A DNA stretch of 64,000 nucleotides from Nemertoderma westbladi. Taxonomy: Eukaryota; Animalia; Xenacoelomorpha. The notes beneath the pieces were generated by a model that was given only the letters and a program-made list of their open reading frames with translations, was not told the origin of the DNA and did not search any database. The position numbers and the translations under genes are program-made. Below, one piece after another: positions 63,926 to 64,000 of the stretch (position 1 is the stretch's first letter; each line of letters opens with the position of its first letter). Location: positions 1 through 64,000 of the forward strand of contig JAUCBJ010003330.1 of assembly GCA_032718475.1 (NCBI GenBank). The letters are read 5' to 3'.

Positions 63926-64000
63926 GTTCCCAGAGCCGAGGGAGAGAGACTGAGACTTGGACGTGGTGCGCCTGGAAGGCGCCGCGTGAGACGTACGAAC

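Larger units (their letters stand above)
53693..64000 (+). mobile_element. BEL/Pao LTR retrotransposon 2 (5' LTR missing, 3' end outside the window)
   Basis: Complete gag-PR-RT-RH-IN order followed by a purine tract, a minisatellite and an accessory ORF; composition shifts sharply to purine/GC-rich at ~53700. Confidence 0.9.

Overview
AT-rich, intron-containing animal (invertebrate-type) genomic DNA, heavily invaded by transposons. Host genes: the 3' part of a semaphorin-5-like gene (TSP1 repeats plus a transmembrane exon, 1-7191, +), a JHY-like ciliary gene whose last exon runs into a 3.6-kb Gly-rich 30-bp repeat (11543 to ~20150, +), an intronless 4-EF-hand calbindin-like ORF (-), and a PIERCE1-like ciliary gene with an upstream RFX X-box (+). 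The rest is repeats: RTE, L2/CR1-group and CRE-like LINE fragments, tRNA-derived SINEs, piggyBac- and Kolobok-like MITEs, a solo LTR, minisatellites and a minimal hammerhead ribozyme. The right half holds two different BEL/Pao LTR retrotransposons, each with a large extra region after integrase. In the second, this region encodes a decayed ~850-codon ORF with a DEDDy (WRN/mut-7/RNase D-like) 3'-5' exonuclease followed by triple CCHC zinc knuckles. The first, which has lost RT/RNase H by an in-frame deletion, has an ORF with the same knuckle pattern in the same position. This accessory module is the most interesting system in the window. All family assignments come from motif recognition by eye; no database searches were run.
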